Assembly (NCBI GenBank): GCA_035649175.1 | Contig: DASRKB010000237.1 | Coordinates: 676 to 64,675 of the forward strand | Direction: 5' to 3' | DNA: 64,000 bases | Origin: Burkholderiales bacterium | GTDB lineage: Bacteria; Pseudomonadota; Gammaproteobacteria; Burkholderiales; SG8-39 | In this document: positions 1-10,710 of the stretch, one piece after another | Layout of the letters: the number at the start of each line of letters is the position of its first letter | Numbering within the stretch: position 1 is the first letter of the stretch | The notes under the pieces: model-generated | Told to the model about the DNA's origin: nothing | Seen by the model: the letters and a program-made list of their open reading frames with translations, nothing else | Database searches by the model: none | Translations under genes and position numbers: made by a program

Positions 1-175
1 CCGCCAAGTGCCGCAACTCGGTATGAATCGCGTCATCACCGGGGCAGGCGCGACCCCGTCTCGGGCACCGCGCTCTGCGCACCATGTAAGCGCGTGATTC
101 CAGTCTGAAATCCGGCGTTGTTGCCGTGCAGGGGGTATGGTATAAAGCGCGCGCCCTTGATGTGGTCGATCAAGG

Positions 176-1219
176 CTAGACGGTGGCGATCGGCGTCGCC
201 GGCGAGCCAACGGCGCCGGGCAGCCGCAGCGGCGGCGCGGTGAGGAGGAAGCGGCTGCGCCCGTGCTCGCGCAGCCAGCGCGCGAGCTCGGTGAAATACC
301 ACAGCTCGCCGAGGTGGATGCCGTTCTTGAACAGACAGTACTCGTGCAGCGGCAGCCAGGCCTGCCGCCGCGGCAGCGGGTCGGTCAGGCCGGTGGCGAT
401 GAGCTCGACCGCGTAGTTGTCGGCGAGCAGGCACGCGAGGCCCGAGTCGCCGATCCACTGCAGGAGCTTGTCGTCGCTGCCGTCCAGGCCGGCGCAGGTG
501 TGGTGGACGAGCTGCGGGTCCGGTTTCTTGTTCATTTCCAGGAGCACGTCGGCGAAGCCGGTATAGAGGCAGACCATGTCGCCCCGCTCCACTTGCACAA
601 GATCTTTTTCCAGGACTTTCATCAGGTCGTCGTACCCGACGGCCTTGCGCGCGCGGCCGAAGTGGTGGTGCAGGTCGATCATCACGCCCCGCCCCTGCGC
701 CCCATGCTGGGCGAGCCCCTCGATGCCCAGGGCGCGTGCCGCGCTGCCCTCGAAGCGCGCCCAGGACTCGGCTGCGGCGTTCTCGGCGGCCGGCACCACG
801 TGCTCGCCGGCGCGGAAGCCGTTGTAGAACACGAGCTCGGCCTTCCCGTCGCCGTCGGCGTCGAAGCGGGCGCCGACGTGGGCGAAGGAGTCCCACTGCG
901 TCGAGTACTGGAGCGTGAGCAGCGCCTGGTCGTCGCAGATCACGTCGGTCATCGACGCGTTGTACTCGTCGAGCGGCCGGCAGAAGAATTGCCGGCCCTC
1001 GCGCGCGGTGGCCGCGAGCCGCGGCGGCTGGCGCCGGGGGTTGAGCACGTTGCCGCCCGGGTAGTCGAGCGGCAGCGAGCAGCAGAAGACGATGCCCTCC
1101 TTCACCTCGGCCACGCCCTCCAGCACCTTCTCGCGCGTGACGAGGTTCATGCGTCCGCGCTGGTCGTCCGGGCCGAAATCGCCCCAGTTCGATCCGGGTG
1201 GTCGCTGAGTCCACCTCAT
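176..1219 (-). CDS. cyclase-family protein (PF04199-like putative cyclase/amidohydrolase), 347 aa
   Basis: Lower part of track ORF 176..1549, trimmed to the in-frame ATG at 1219 (MRWTQRPPGSNWGDFGPDDQRGRMNLVT...). I recognise this N-terminus from putative-cyclase family proteins. The ATG forms an ATGA overlap with the upstream stop (1216-1219). The 110 upstream codons of the track ORF are Arg/Ala/Pro-rich read-through. Confidence 0.7.
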   Translation of the reverse strand: MRWTQRPPGSNWGDFGPDDQRGRMNLVTREKVLEGVAEVKEGIVFCCSLPLDYPGGNVLNPRRQPPRLAATAREGRQFFCRPLDEYNASMTDVICDDQALLTLQYSTQWDSFAHVGARFDADGDGKAELVFYNGFRAGEHVVPAAENAAAESWARFEGSAARALGIEGLAQHGAQGRGVMIDLHHHFGRARKAVGYDDLMKVLEKDLVQVERGDMVCLYTGFADVLLEMNKKPDPQLVHHTCAGLDGSDDKLLQWIGDSGLACLLADNYAVELIATGLTDPLPRRQAWLPLHEYCLFKNGIHLGELWYFTELARWLREHGRSRFLLTAPPLRLPGAVGSPATPIATV

Positions 1220-1665
1220 GCGTAGTAGTGGCGCCCGATCCACTCGGCGACGAGGGCGGGCTTGTCCCTGCCTTCGATCTCGACCGTCACGTTCCAGGTG
1301 ACCTGCACGCCGTTGCCCTCGATCGGCTCGAACTTGGCGAGGGTGAAGCGCGCGCGCACGCGCGCGCCGCTCGGCACCGGCGAGGTAAATCGCACGCGGT
1401 TCAGGCCGTAGTTGACGCCCATGCGCCGGTCGGAAAAGGAGAAGGTGCGCTCCGACAGGTGAGAAAGCATCGACAGCGTGAGGAAGCCGTGCGCGATGGT
1501 GCCGCCGAAGGGCGAGCCCTTCGCGCGCTCGGGATCGACGTGGATCCACTGGAAGTCCTCGATCGCGTTCGCGAACGTGTCGATGCGTGCCTGGTCGATC
1601 GTGACCCAGGGCGACACGCCCACCTCTTGCCCGACACGGCTCGCCAGCTCGCGGATGCTCGCCAT
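1216..1665 (-). CDS. MaoC-like (R)-specific enoyl-CoA hydratase / hotdog-fold dehydratase, 149 aa
   Basis: Track ORF 1216..1665. MASIRELASRVGQEVGVSPWVTIDQARIDTFANAIEDFQWIHVDPERAKGSPFGGTIAHGFLTLS is a typical MaoC dehydratase core (D-x4-H region). Confidence 0.85.
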   Translation of the reverse strand: MASIRELASRVGQEVGVSPWVTIDQARIDTFANAIEDFQWIHVDPERAKGSPFGGTIAHGFLTLSMLSHLSERTFSFSDRRMGVNYGLNRVRFTSPVPSGARVRARFTLAKFEPIEGNGVQVTWNVTVEIEGRDKPALVAEWIGRHYYA

Positions 1666-1666
1666 C

Positions 1667-2428
1667 TCAGAAGCGCGAGAAGTCGGGCTTGCGCTTCTCC
1701 AGGAAGGCGCTCATGGCCTCCTTCGCCTCGGGCGAGGCGAGGCGCTCGACGAACAGCCTCCCCTCCTCCGCGATCCGCGCCTGCACCTCGGGCGCTTGCG
1801 CCTGCTTCATCAGCCGCTTGGTCAGTCTCAAGGATTCCGGCGGCAGCGCCGCGAGCATGGATGCCGTTCTTTCCGCTCTTGCAAGTAATTCGTCTTTTGA
1901 CACGATATCGGTGACGATGCCGGCGTCCAGCGCCTCCCGGGCGGTGAAGGGCTGCCCGAGCAAGAGCAGCTTCGCCGCGCGCTGGTAGCCGGCCAGGCGC
2001 GGAAGGAGCAGCGTCGAGCCGAACTCGGGGACGATGCCGAGCGGCACGAAGGGCAGCTGGAAGCGCGCGTCTTCGGCGGCAAGAACGAAGTCGCAGTGCA
2101 GGAGAAGCGTGGTGCCGATGCCCACCGCCGGGCCGCCGACCGCGGCGACCACCGGCTTCTCGAGCGCGGGCAGGACCTGGAAAAGGCCGAACACCGGCGA
2201 CTCGCCGGGCTTCCTCTCGAGGAAGTCCGAAACATCGTTGCCGGCGGTGAAGCACTCGGCGCTGCCGCAAAGCAGGATGACGCGCACCTGCGGGTCCCTG
2301 GCGGCCGCGTCGAGCGCGGCGGTAAGCTGCGCGTACATCTCGGCAGTCAGCGCGTTCTTCTTGTCGGGCCGCGAGAGCTCGATGCGCGCGATGCGCTCGC
2401 GCGTCTTGCTCAGGACCTTGCCGCTCAT
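1667..2428 (-). CDS. enoyl-CoA hydratase/isomerase (crotonase family), 253 aa
   Basis: C-terminal 253 aa of track ORF 1667..3451, from the ATG at 2428 (MSGKVLSKTRERIARIELSRPDKKNALT...CFTAGNDV...AAVGGPAVGIGTTLLLHCDF). This is the crotonase oxyanion-hole pattern. There is an ATGA overlap with the upstream stop at 2425-2428. Confidence 0.9.
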   Translation of the reverse strand: MSGKVLSKTRERIARIELSRPDKKNALTAEMYAQLTAALDAAARDPQVRVILLCGSAECFTAGNDVSDFLERKPGESPVFGLFQVLPALEKPVVAAVGGPAVGIGTTLLLHCDFVLAAEDARFQLPFVPLGIVPEFGSTLLLPRLAGYQRAAKLLLLGQPFTAREALDAGIVTDIVSKDELLARAERTASMLAALPPESLRLTKRLMKQAQAPEVQARIAEEGRLFVERLASPEAKEAMSAFLEKRKPDFSRF

Positions 2429-3531
2429 GCGCTCCGCACCTGGTTGCGGCCGCCGTGCTTCGCCTCGTAGAGCGCGCCGTCGGCCCGGTGCAGCGTCTGC
2501 GTCGTGCTTTCGCTCTTGCGCCAGCCCGTCATGCCGGCCGATACGGTGACGGAGAGCCCGGGCGCGATGGCGCTCCAGTCGTGCGCCTGCACTGCCACGC
2601 GGATGCGCTCGAGGGCGTCGCGCGCCGCGCCGGGCGCCGTGGTGGTCAGGATCATCATGAACTCCTCGCCGCCGTAGCGGCCGAACACGTCGGTTTCGCG
2701 CATTGTGGCATGGACGATCTCCGCGAACGCGCGCAGCACGGCGTCGCCTGCGGCATGCCCGTGCGTGTCGTTCACCGCCTTGAAGCGGTCGAGGTCGAGG
2801 AGTGCCAGGCAGAAGTCCTGGCCGGTGCGCTCGGCGCGCGCCCTTTCCTGCTCCAGGCGCGCCATCAGCGCGCGACGGTTTAGCGTCTTGGTGAGCTCGT
2901 CGTGGCTCACGAGCTCCTGGATCTGCTCCATCGACTCGGCGAGCCTCCTGCGGCTGTCGGCGAGCCGCGCGCGCATCCCGGCGGCGTAGACGCTCAGGAA
3001 GACGCAGCGCCCGAGCACGAGCGAGAAGAAGAGCCATCCGAGCGCAAGCTCCGAGGCTATGGCGACGCGATCCGAGGTCAAGTGGAGGACCAGTCCCGTG
3101 CCCAGCGCGGCTGCCACCCAGAGCGCGAGCGCCGTGCCGATGGGGAGCCAGATCATGCCGAAGGCGAACACGGTGAAGAGATTGACGAGCCAGGGCCAGC
3201 CGATCTGCGGGGCTTGCGCGACTACGCCGAGCTGCATGGCAATCGCAACCGCGACTTGCGGCGCCACCATGCCGGGATCGGCAAAGCGCTGGCTCCAGCC
3301 GCTCGCGATACCTGCATAGACGGCGCCGTTCAGGGGCAGCGCGACAAGCAGATACGCAAGGCCGACCGAGTAAGGGATGGCGCCGGCCGCGGCGAACAGG
3401 AGCAGGAACGCCGCGTCGAGGGCGTAGCTCGCCGCGGCGCCGCCCACCCACAGCATGCGGGTGCGCTGGTCGCGCAGCTCGGCGCTCTTGGCCCGGATCG
3501 CCCTGCCGAGCTTCTCGTCGAGCGCGGCCAC
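2425..3531 (-). CDS. membrane-anchored diguanylate cyclase (multi-TM N-terminus + GGDEF domain, GGEEF motif), 368 aa
   Basis: Track ORF 2425..3531. The hydrophobic N-terminal half has about 5-6 TM segments. The C-terminus reads LTKTLNRRAL...LLDLDRFKAVNDTHGHAAGD...RYGGEEFMMIL...ALYEAKHGGRN. The GTG start at 3531 lies 1 nt after the acyl-CoA ligase stop (3533-3535). An alternative internal ATG (MLWVGG) is possible. Confidence 0.85.
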   Translation of the reverse strand: MAALDEKLGRAIRAKSAELRDQRTRMLWVGGAAASYALDAAFLLLFAAAGAIPYSVGLAYLLVALPLNGAVYAGIASGWSQRFADPGMVAPQVAVAIAMQLGVVAQAPQIGWPWLVNLFTVFAFGMIWLPIGTALALWVAAALGTGLVLHLTSDRVAIASELALGWLFFSLVLGRCVFLSVYAAGMRARLADSRRRLAESMEQIQELVSHDELTKTLNRRALMARLEQERARAERTGQDFCLALLDLDRFKAVNDTHGHAAGDAVLRAFAEIVHATMRETDVFGRYGGEEFMMILTTTAPGAARDALERIRVAVQAHDWSAIAPGLSVTVSAGMTGWRKSESTTQTLHRADGALYEAKHGGRNQVRSA

Positions 3532-3532
3532 G

Positions 3533-5155
<1,623 letters not shown>

Positions 5156-5181
5156 GGCTGGCTCCTCCTCGCGCCTAGTTT

Positions 5182-5217
5182 AGAAGAGAAAGGCCGCCCG
5201 CAGACGGCCTCTCTTCT
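5182..5217 (-). terminator. putative intrinsic terminator / attenuating hairpin between the binding-protein gene and the acyl-CoA ligase gene
   Basis: On the minus strand the sequence is AGAAGAGAGGCCG-TCTGCGGG-CGGCCTTTCTCTTCT. This is a GC stem followed by a T-rich tract, 19 nt after the TAA stop at 5236-5238. The stem has a 2-nt bulge. Confidence 0.45.
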
Positions 5218-5235
5218 TTCTTCCCGTGCTGGTCG

Positions 5236-6450
5236 TTACTGACCTAGGACGTCGCCGAACTCCACATAGCGCTTGCCGTCGAAGCGCCCGAGCTGGATCG
5301 CCTCGATCGGCGCGAAGTCCTTCGGGCTGGTGTGCAGGTGGACACCCGGCAGCAGCATCGGCACCTGGATGTTCTTCAGGTTCGCCGCCTGGCGCATGAC
5401 GTTCTCGCGCGTCAGGTCATCGCCGCATTGCAGGAGCACCTGGTGCAGCGTGGAGGACACCGCGTAGGCGTAGACGTAGAAGGCGTCGGTGGTGCTCACG
5501 CCCGGGTTGTACTTCTTCATCCACTCCAGCCAGGCCTTGTAGTCCTTGTCGTTGTGCCACTGCGGGTCGGACGCGTCCTTGAGGTAGAGCGACGAGATGA
5601 TTCCCTTGGACGCCTCGAAGCCGGCGGGCTTGAGCACGTTGTCGATGCTGGAGGACACGTTGTTCAGGAAGTGCTCCGGCTTCCAGCCGATCTCGTGCGC
5701 CTTGCGGATCGCCTGCGCGGCGAACTTAGGCGTGGTGATGTTGAAGAACGCGTCCGCGCCCGAGCCCTTCAGCGTCACGATCTGCGAGTCGACCGTCGGG
5801 TCGGTCACTTCGTAGCTCACTTCTTTTACGATCATGCTGTCCGCCTTGCTGCCGAGCCCGTCGCGGAAGCCCTTGAGGTAGTCCTTGCCGTAGTCGTCGT
5901 TCTGGTAAAGGACGCCGATCTTCGCCTTGGGAAGGTTCTTCAGGATGTACGCGGCGTAGGCCTTCGCCTCGGCCTGGTAGTTCGGCTGCCAGCCCATGGT
6001 CCAGGGATGGCCCTTCGGGTCGTTCCACTTGGTCGCGCCGGTCGCGACGAAGAGCTGCGGCACCTTGCGCGCGTTCATGTACTTGTGGATCGCCGTGTTG
6101 CCGGGGGTGCCGAGCGACTGGAACACCAGCAGCACCTGCTCCTGCTCGACCAGGCGGCGCACCTGCTCGACCGTGCGCGGGGGGCTGTAGCCGTCGTCCA
6201 GCGTGATGAAGTTGACCTTGCGGCCGTTGACGCCGCCGAGGTCATTCACCAGCTTCCAGTACGAGGCGATGCCCTTGCCGATCGAGCCGTAGGCCGACGC
6301 CGGCCCGCTGTAGGGGTTGACGTTGCCGATCTTGATCTCGGTGTCGCTCGCGCCCGGCCCGTACTTCTTCTGCGCCTGCGCCGGTCCCACCGCCAGCGCG
6401 AGCGCGATGGCTGCCGCGAAACCGCCCAACCACTTCTGCTTCGTTCTCAT
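5236..6450 (-). CDS. ABC transporter periplasmic substrate-binding protein, Leu/Ile/Val-binding (HAAT) family, 404 aa
   Basis: C-terminal part of track ORF 5236..7161, from the ATG at 6450. Signal peptide MRTKQKWLGGFAAAIALALAVGPAQA, then IKIGNVNPYSGPASAYGSIGKG...GGVNGRKVNFITLDDGYSPPRTVE. There is a GGAGAA RBS and an ATGA overlap with the livM stop. Confidence 0.9.
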   Translation of the reverse strand: MRTKQKWLGGFAAAIALALAVGPAQAQKKYGPGASDTEIKIGNVNPYSGPASAYGSIGKGIASYWKLVNDLGGVNGRKVNFITLDDGYSPPRTVEQVRRLVEQEQVLLVFQSLGTPGNTAIHKYMNARKVPQLFVATGATKWNDPKGHPWTMGWQPNYQAEAKAYAAYILKNLPKAKIGVLYQNDDYGKDYLKGFRDGLGSKADSMIVKEVSYEVTDPTVDSQIVTLKGSGADAFFNITTPKFAAQAIRKAHEIGWKPEHFLNNVSSSIDNVLKPAGFEASKGIISSLYLKDASDPQWHNDKDYKAWLEWMKKYNPGVSTTDAFYVYAYAVSSTLHQVLLQCGDDLTRENVMRQAANLKNIQVPMLLPGVHLHTSPKDFAPIEAIQLGRFDGKRYVEFGDVLGQ

Positions 6451-7433
6451 GAGGCTTCTCCTGTGACGTGGGAACTGCGTTGAATGCGCCGCCGCGCCCA
6501 ATCCCAGGCGAGGCGAAGAAAGCCCGCGATGCCCACCGGCATCACGAACATGAACACGATAAGGAAGGCGCCGAAGATCGCCTGCGGCGCGGCGCGCGAG
6601 ATGCCTTCCGAGATGTGCGGCACGAAGAGCACGAAGGCCGCGCCGAACACCGCGCCGCTGATCGAGTAGATGCCGCCGATCACCGCGCCGATGAGGAAGA
6701 CGAAGGACAGCCCCACCTGGAAGCTGTCGGGGGCGACGAACTGCACCGCGATCGCCCCCAGCGCCCCTGCCACGCCGGCATACATGGCGCTCACCCCGAA
6801 GGTGACCGACTTGTAGATCGCCGAATTGATGCCCATGGCGCGCGCCGCGGTCGGCTGGTCGCGGATCGCGACGATGGCGCGCCCGACGCGTCCGCGCAGC
6901 AGGTTCCACGCGAGCACGAACATGAGGATGGCGACGGCCAGCGTGAAGTAATAGAGCCACTCGTCCTGGTTGAGCGGCAGGCCGAACGGCGCCTCCGGCT
7001 TGATGAGCACGATGCCCTGCACGCCCCCCGTCCATTGCTCGATGCCCTTCCACTTGAGGATGGAGGGCATTGCCACCGCCAGGGACAGCGTGGCGAGCGC
7101 GAGGAACAGGCCCTCCAGGCGCAGCGCCGGCAGGCCGAACAGGAACCCGGCCGCGAGGCACACCGCCGCCGCCGCGGGCAGCGTCGCCCAGTAGGGCACG
7201 TTGTAGTGCGCCATCAGGATCGCCGCGGTGTACGAGCCGATCGCATAGAAGGCCCCGTGGCCGAGCGTGAACTGGCCGTTGAATCCCGTGAGGATGTTAA
7301 GCCCGAGAAGCGCGATCGCATAGACCATCACCAGCGTGAACTGGAAGGTGCGGTAGTCGCTGACGAGGAAAGGCAGCGCGCAGACGACGATCAAGCCCGC
7401 GGCTAGGGCCGCGATGCGCCAGTCGGGCTTCAT
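6447..7433 (-). CDS. livM: branched-chain amino acid ABC transporter permease (LivM type), 328 aa
   Basis: C-terminal part of track ORF 6447..8138, from the ATG at 7433 (MKPDWRIAALAAGLIVVCALPFLVSDYRTFQFTLVMVYAIALLGLNILTGFNGQFTLGHGAFYAIG). ATGA overlap with the livH stop. Confidence 0.9.
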   Translation of the reverse strand: MKPDWRIAALAAGLIVVCALPFLVSDYRTFQFTLVMVYAIALLGLNILTGFNGQFTLGHGAFYAIGSYTAAILMAHYNVPYWATLPAAAAVCLAAGFLFGLPALRLEGLFLALATLSLAVAMPSILKWKGIEQWTGGVQGIVLIKPEAPFGLPLNQDEWLYYFTLAVAILMFVLAWNLLRGRVGRAIVAIRDQPTAARAMGINSAIYKSVTFGVSAMYAGVAGALGAIAVQFVAPDSFQVGLSFVFLIGAVIGGIYSISGAVFGAAFVLFVPHISEGISRAAPQAIFGAFLIVFMFVMPVGIAGFLRLAWDWARRRIQRSSHVTGEAS

Positions 7434-8301
7434 ACGCGCGTCACCACGGTGCGGCCGAACATGCCCGCGGGCTTGACCACGAGGACTCCGATGATGATGA
7501 CGAGCGCGACGGTCAGCTTGAGCTCCGTGCCCACCACGTAAACCCCCATGATGTTCTCCAGCACGCCCATGGCGAAGCCGCCGATCACCGCGCCCCAGGG
7601 GTTGTCGATCCCGCCGAGCAGCGCGCCGGCGAACGCGTAGATGAGGACGAAGCCCATCATGTTGGGCTCGAGGAAGACGAGCGGCGCCACCATGATGCCG
7701 GCGACGGCGCCGAGCGCCGCGGCGAGGCCCCAGCCGAGCGCGAGCATCCAGCCCACGCGGATGCCGACGAGCCGGCTCGAGACCGGGTTCTCCGCCGCGG
7801 CGCGCATGGCCAGGCCGAGCGGCGTGAAGCGGAAGAACGCATAGACGATGGCGAGGGTGACGAGCACCACGGCGAAGAGCCCCGCCTGGTGCCCCGAGAG
7901 GTAGCCGCCCAGGTACGCCTCGGCCGGGAAGGGGCTGGGGAAGGACTTCAGCGTGTACTCCCAGGTCCAGCCGGCGAGCGAGTTGAGGATGAGGAACAGG
8001 CCGATGAACACCGTCACGACGGAAAGCGTGGCGTCGTGCGACTCGAAGGGCCGGATCACGATGCGCTCGATCGCCACGCCGCCCACGAAGGAGATGGCGA
8101 GGGTGAGGAAGAAGGCACCCCAGTAGGGCATGCCCCACTGGATGAGCTGCCAGGCGAGGTAGGTGGAGAACATCGCCATCTCGCCTTGCGCGAAGTTCAC
8201 CACGTGCGTCGCCTTGTAGATCATCACCACGGCGAGCGCGAGGCTCGCATAGATCCCGCCGGTGGCGAGGCCCGAGAGCACTTGGAGGAGGAAGGCGTCC
8301 A

Positions 8302-8302
<1 letters not shown>
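7430..8302 (-). CDS. livH: branched-chain amino acid ABC transporter permease (LivH type), 290 aa
   Basis: Track ORF 7430..8302. MDAFLLQVLSGLATGGIYASLALAVVMIYKATHVVNFAQGEMAMF is a typical LivH N-terminus. 1-nt overlap with the livF stop. Confidence 0.92.
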
Positions 8303-9014
<712 letters not shown>

Positions 9015-9015
<1 letters not shown>

Positions 9016-9800
9016 CAGTGGGTCGTCCCCAGGTAGGCGCTGATCACGTCGGCGTGCCGCCGCACCTCGGCCGGCGTGCCCTCTGCGATCTTGCGCCCGA
9101 AGTTGAGCGCCACCACCCGGTCCGAGGTGCTCATGACGAGCGACATGTGGTGCTCGACCAGGAGGATCGTGATGCCGAGCGCATCGCGCACGTGCTTCAT
9201 GAGCGTCGCGAGGGCGCTCACCTCCTCGTGGTTCAGCCCGCCCGCCGGCTCGTCGAGCAGCAGAAGCTTGGGCTTGGCGGCGAGCGCGCGCCCGAGCTCG
9301 ACGCGCTTCTGCGTGCCGAACGGCAGGTCCATGACGCGGGCGTGCGCGACGGCACCGAGCTCGAGAAGCGCGACGATCTTCATCGCCTCGGCATGCAGCC
9401 CGTCCTCTTCGCGCTGCACGAAGGGCAGGCGCAGCGCGTTGGAGAAGAATCCGCCGCTGCTGCGGCAGTGTCCGCCCGCCATGACGTTCTGCAGGACCGT
9501 CATGGTGCGGAAGAGCGCGAGATTCTGGAACGTGCGCCCGATGCCGGCCTGGGCGATGCGATGAATCGGCAGCTCGAGGAGCGACGTTCCCTCGAAGCGA
9601 ATGTCGCCCCGGTCGAGCGGATAGAGGCGCGACAGACAGTTGAAGAGCGTCGTCTTGCCGGCGCCGTTAGGGCCGATCAGGCCGACGATCTGGCCGCGCT
9701 CGACGTCGAAGGAAACGCCGTCGAGCGCGACGATGCCGCCGAAGTGCACGGCAACGTTCTCCACGCGCAGCAAGGGCTGCGGCTCGTCGCGTACGGCCAT
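9015..9800 (-). CDS. livG: branched-chain amino acid ABC transporter ATP-binding protein (LivG type), 261 aa
   Basis: Track ORF 9015..9800. It has the VHFGGIVALDGVSF motif, Walker A GPNGAGKTT and Walker B LLLLDEPAGG. A GGAGGAG RBS lies directly upstream of the ATG. Confidence 0.92.
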
Positions 9801-9844
9801 CTCCTCCTCGTCCTCGTCGTCCTTTGCGGATCGTTGTTTCTTTC

Positions 9845-9861
9845 GTCCGATTGTCGGACAA
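9845..9861. promoter_or_regulatory. candidate GntR-family operator in the livG/gntR divergent region
   Basis: Two overlapping palindromes lie between the divergent starts 9800 and 9870. GTCCGA-TTG-TCGGAC is at 9845-9859. TTGTC-G-GACAA is at 9851-9861 and fits the generic GntR/FadR half-site pattern T.GT.N3.AC.A. Confidence 0.35.
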
Positions 9862-9869
9862 TAAATTTG

Positions 9870-10637
9870 ATGGAGTCAAGGACTGCGCCGCCTGCGGCAA
9901 GGTTCCGTCGAGTAGCGAACATCCCCGCCTACCGCCAGGTTGCGGAAGCGATCGAGCGCGAGATCATCGCGGGCCGCATCCGCCCGGGGGAGCCGATCGG
10001 CACGGAAGCCGAGCTCGTCGAGCAGTTCGGCGTCAATCGCTCCACCGTGCGCGAGGGCATACGGCTGCTCGAGCACAGCGGGCTCGTGCGCCGCGACTCG
10101 AGCCGGCGCCTTTGGGTCGGGTTGCCGCATTACGGCGGGCTCGCCTCGCGCACGGGCCGCGCGCTGGTGCTTCACGAAGTGACGTTCCGCGAGCTCTACG
10201 AGGCCGCCATGCCGATGCAGCTCGCGACCATGGAGGCGGCGGTGGAGCGCGCCTCGCCCAAGACGATCGGCGAGCTCGAGGCAAACATCGAGCGCACCGC
10301 GCGCGTGCTAGGCGATCCGGCCGAGGTCGCCCGGCTCGACGCGGAGTTCCACGCGCTCATCGGCAAGGCCTCGCGCAACCGCGTCCTCCAGCTCGCGCGC
10401 GAGCCTTCCGAGCTGCTCGTGATGCCGACGACCGAGATGATCCTCCAGCGGGTGAAGGCAGGCGCCGCGCGGCTCCTCGAGGCCCATCGCATGTACGTCG
10501 AGGCGATCCGCAACCGGGACCAGGAGGCCGCGCGGCTTTGGGTGCGCCGCCACCTCGAGGACTGGCGGAAGGGCTTCGAGCGCGCCGGCAAGGACCTCGA
10601 CCAGCCCATCGACCGGATTTACCTCGAGAGCAGCTAG
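9870..10637 (+). CDS. GntR-family transcriptional regulator (FadR/FCD subfamily), 255 aa
   Basis: C-terminal part of track ORF 9018..10637, from the ATG at 9870. The winged HTH is YRQVAEAIEREIIAGRIRPGEPIGTEAELVEQFGVNRSTVREGIRLLEHSGLV, followed by an all-helical FCD-like domain. The exact start is not certain. Confidence 0.85.
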   Translation: MESRTAPPAARFRRVANIPAYRQVAEAIEREIIAGRIRPGEPIGTEAELVEQFGVNRSTVREGIRLLEHSGLVRRDSSRRLWVGLPHYGGLASRTGRALVLHEVTFRELYEAAMPMQLATMEAAVERASPKTIGELEANIERTARVLGDPAEVARLDAEFHALIGKASRNRVLQLAREPSELLVMPTTEMILQRVKAGAARLLEAHRMYVEAIRNRDQEAARLWVRRHLEDWRKGFERAGKDLDQPIDRIYLESS

Positions 10638-10653
10638 GAAGGCCCGAATCGTC

Positions 10654-10673
10654 GTCCCCGCGAAGGCGGGGAC
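10654..10673 (+). terminator. GC hairpin after the gntR stop (REP-like PAFAG-type element), possible terminator
   Basis: GTCCCCGC-GAAG-GCGGGGAC has an 8-bp perfect stem and lies 17 nt after the TAG at 10635-10637. There is no clean T-run after it (CCCATTAGAATTTG). Confidence 0.4.
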
Positions 10674-10710
10674 CCCATTAGAATTTGTCTCCCCCGTAAA
10701 AGCCAATCGA

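Noticed and set aside
1-175. Left edge of the window: possible partial gene, a small ORF (MNRVITGAGATPSRAPRSAHHVSA, 23-97), and a hairpin CCTTGAT-N7-ATCAAGG (155-175) next to the stop at 176
   Set aside because: No frame shows convincing coding character over so short a stretch. The hairpin has only a 7-bp AT/GC-mixed stem and a weak T tract, so I did not call it a terminator.
36-1225. ORFs 36..1214 (-) and 263..1225 (+) overlapping the cyclase-family gene
   Set aside because: They give Arg/Pro/Ala/Gly-rich low-complexity translations, whereas the third frame (176..1219) has a natural composition and family motifs.
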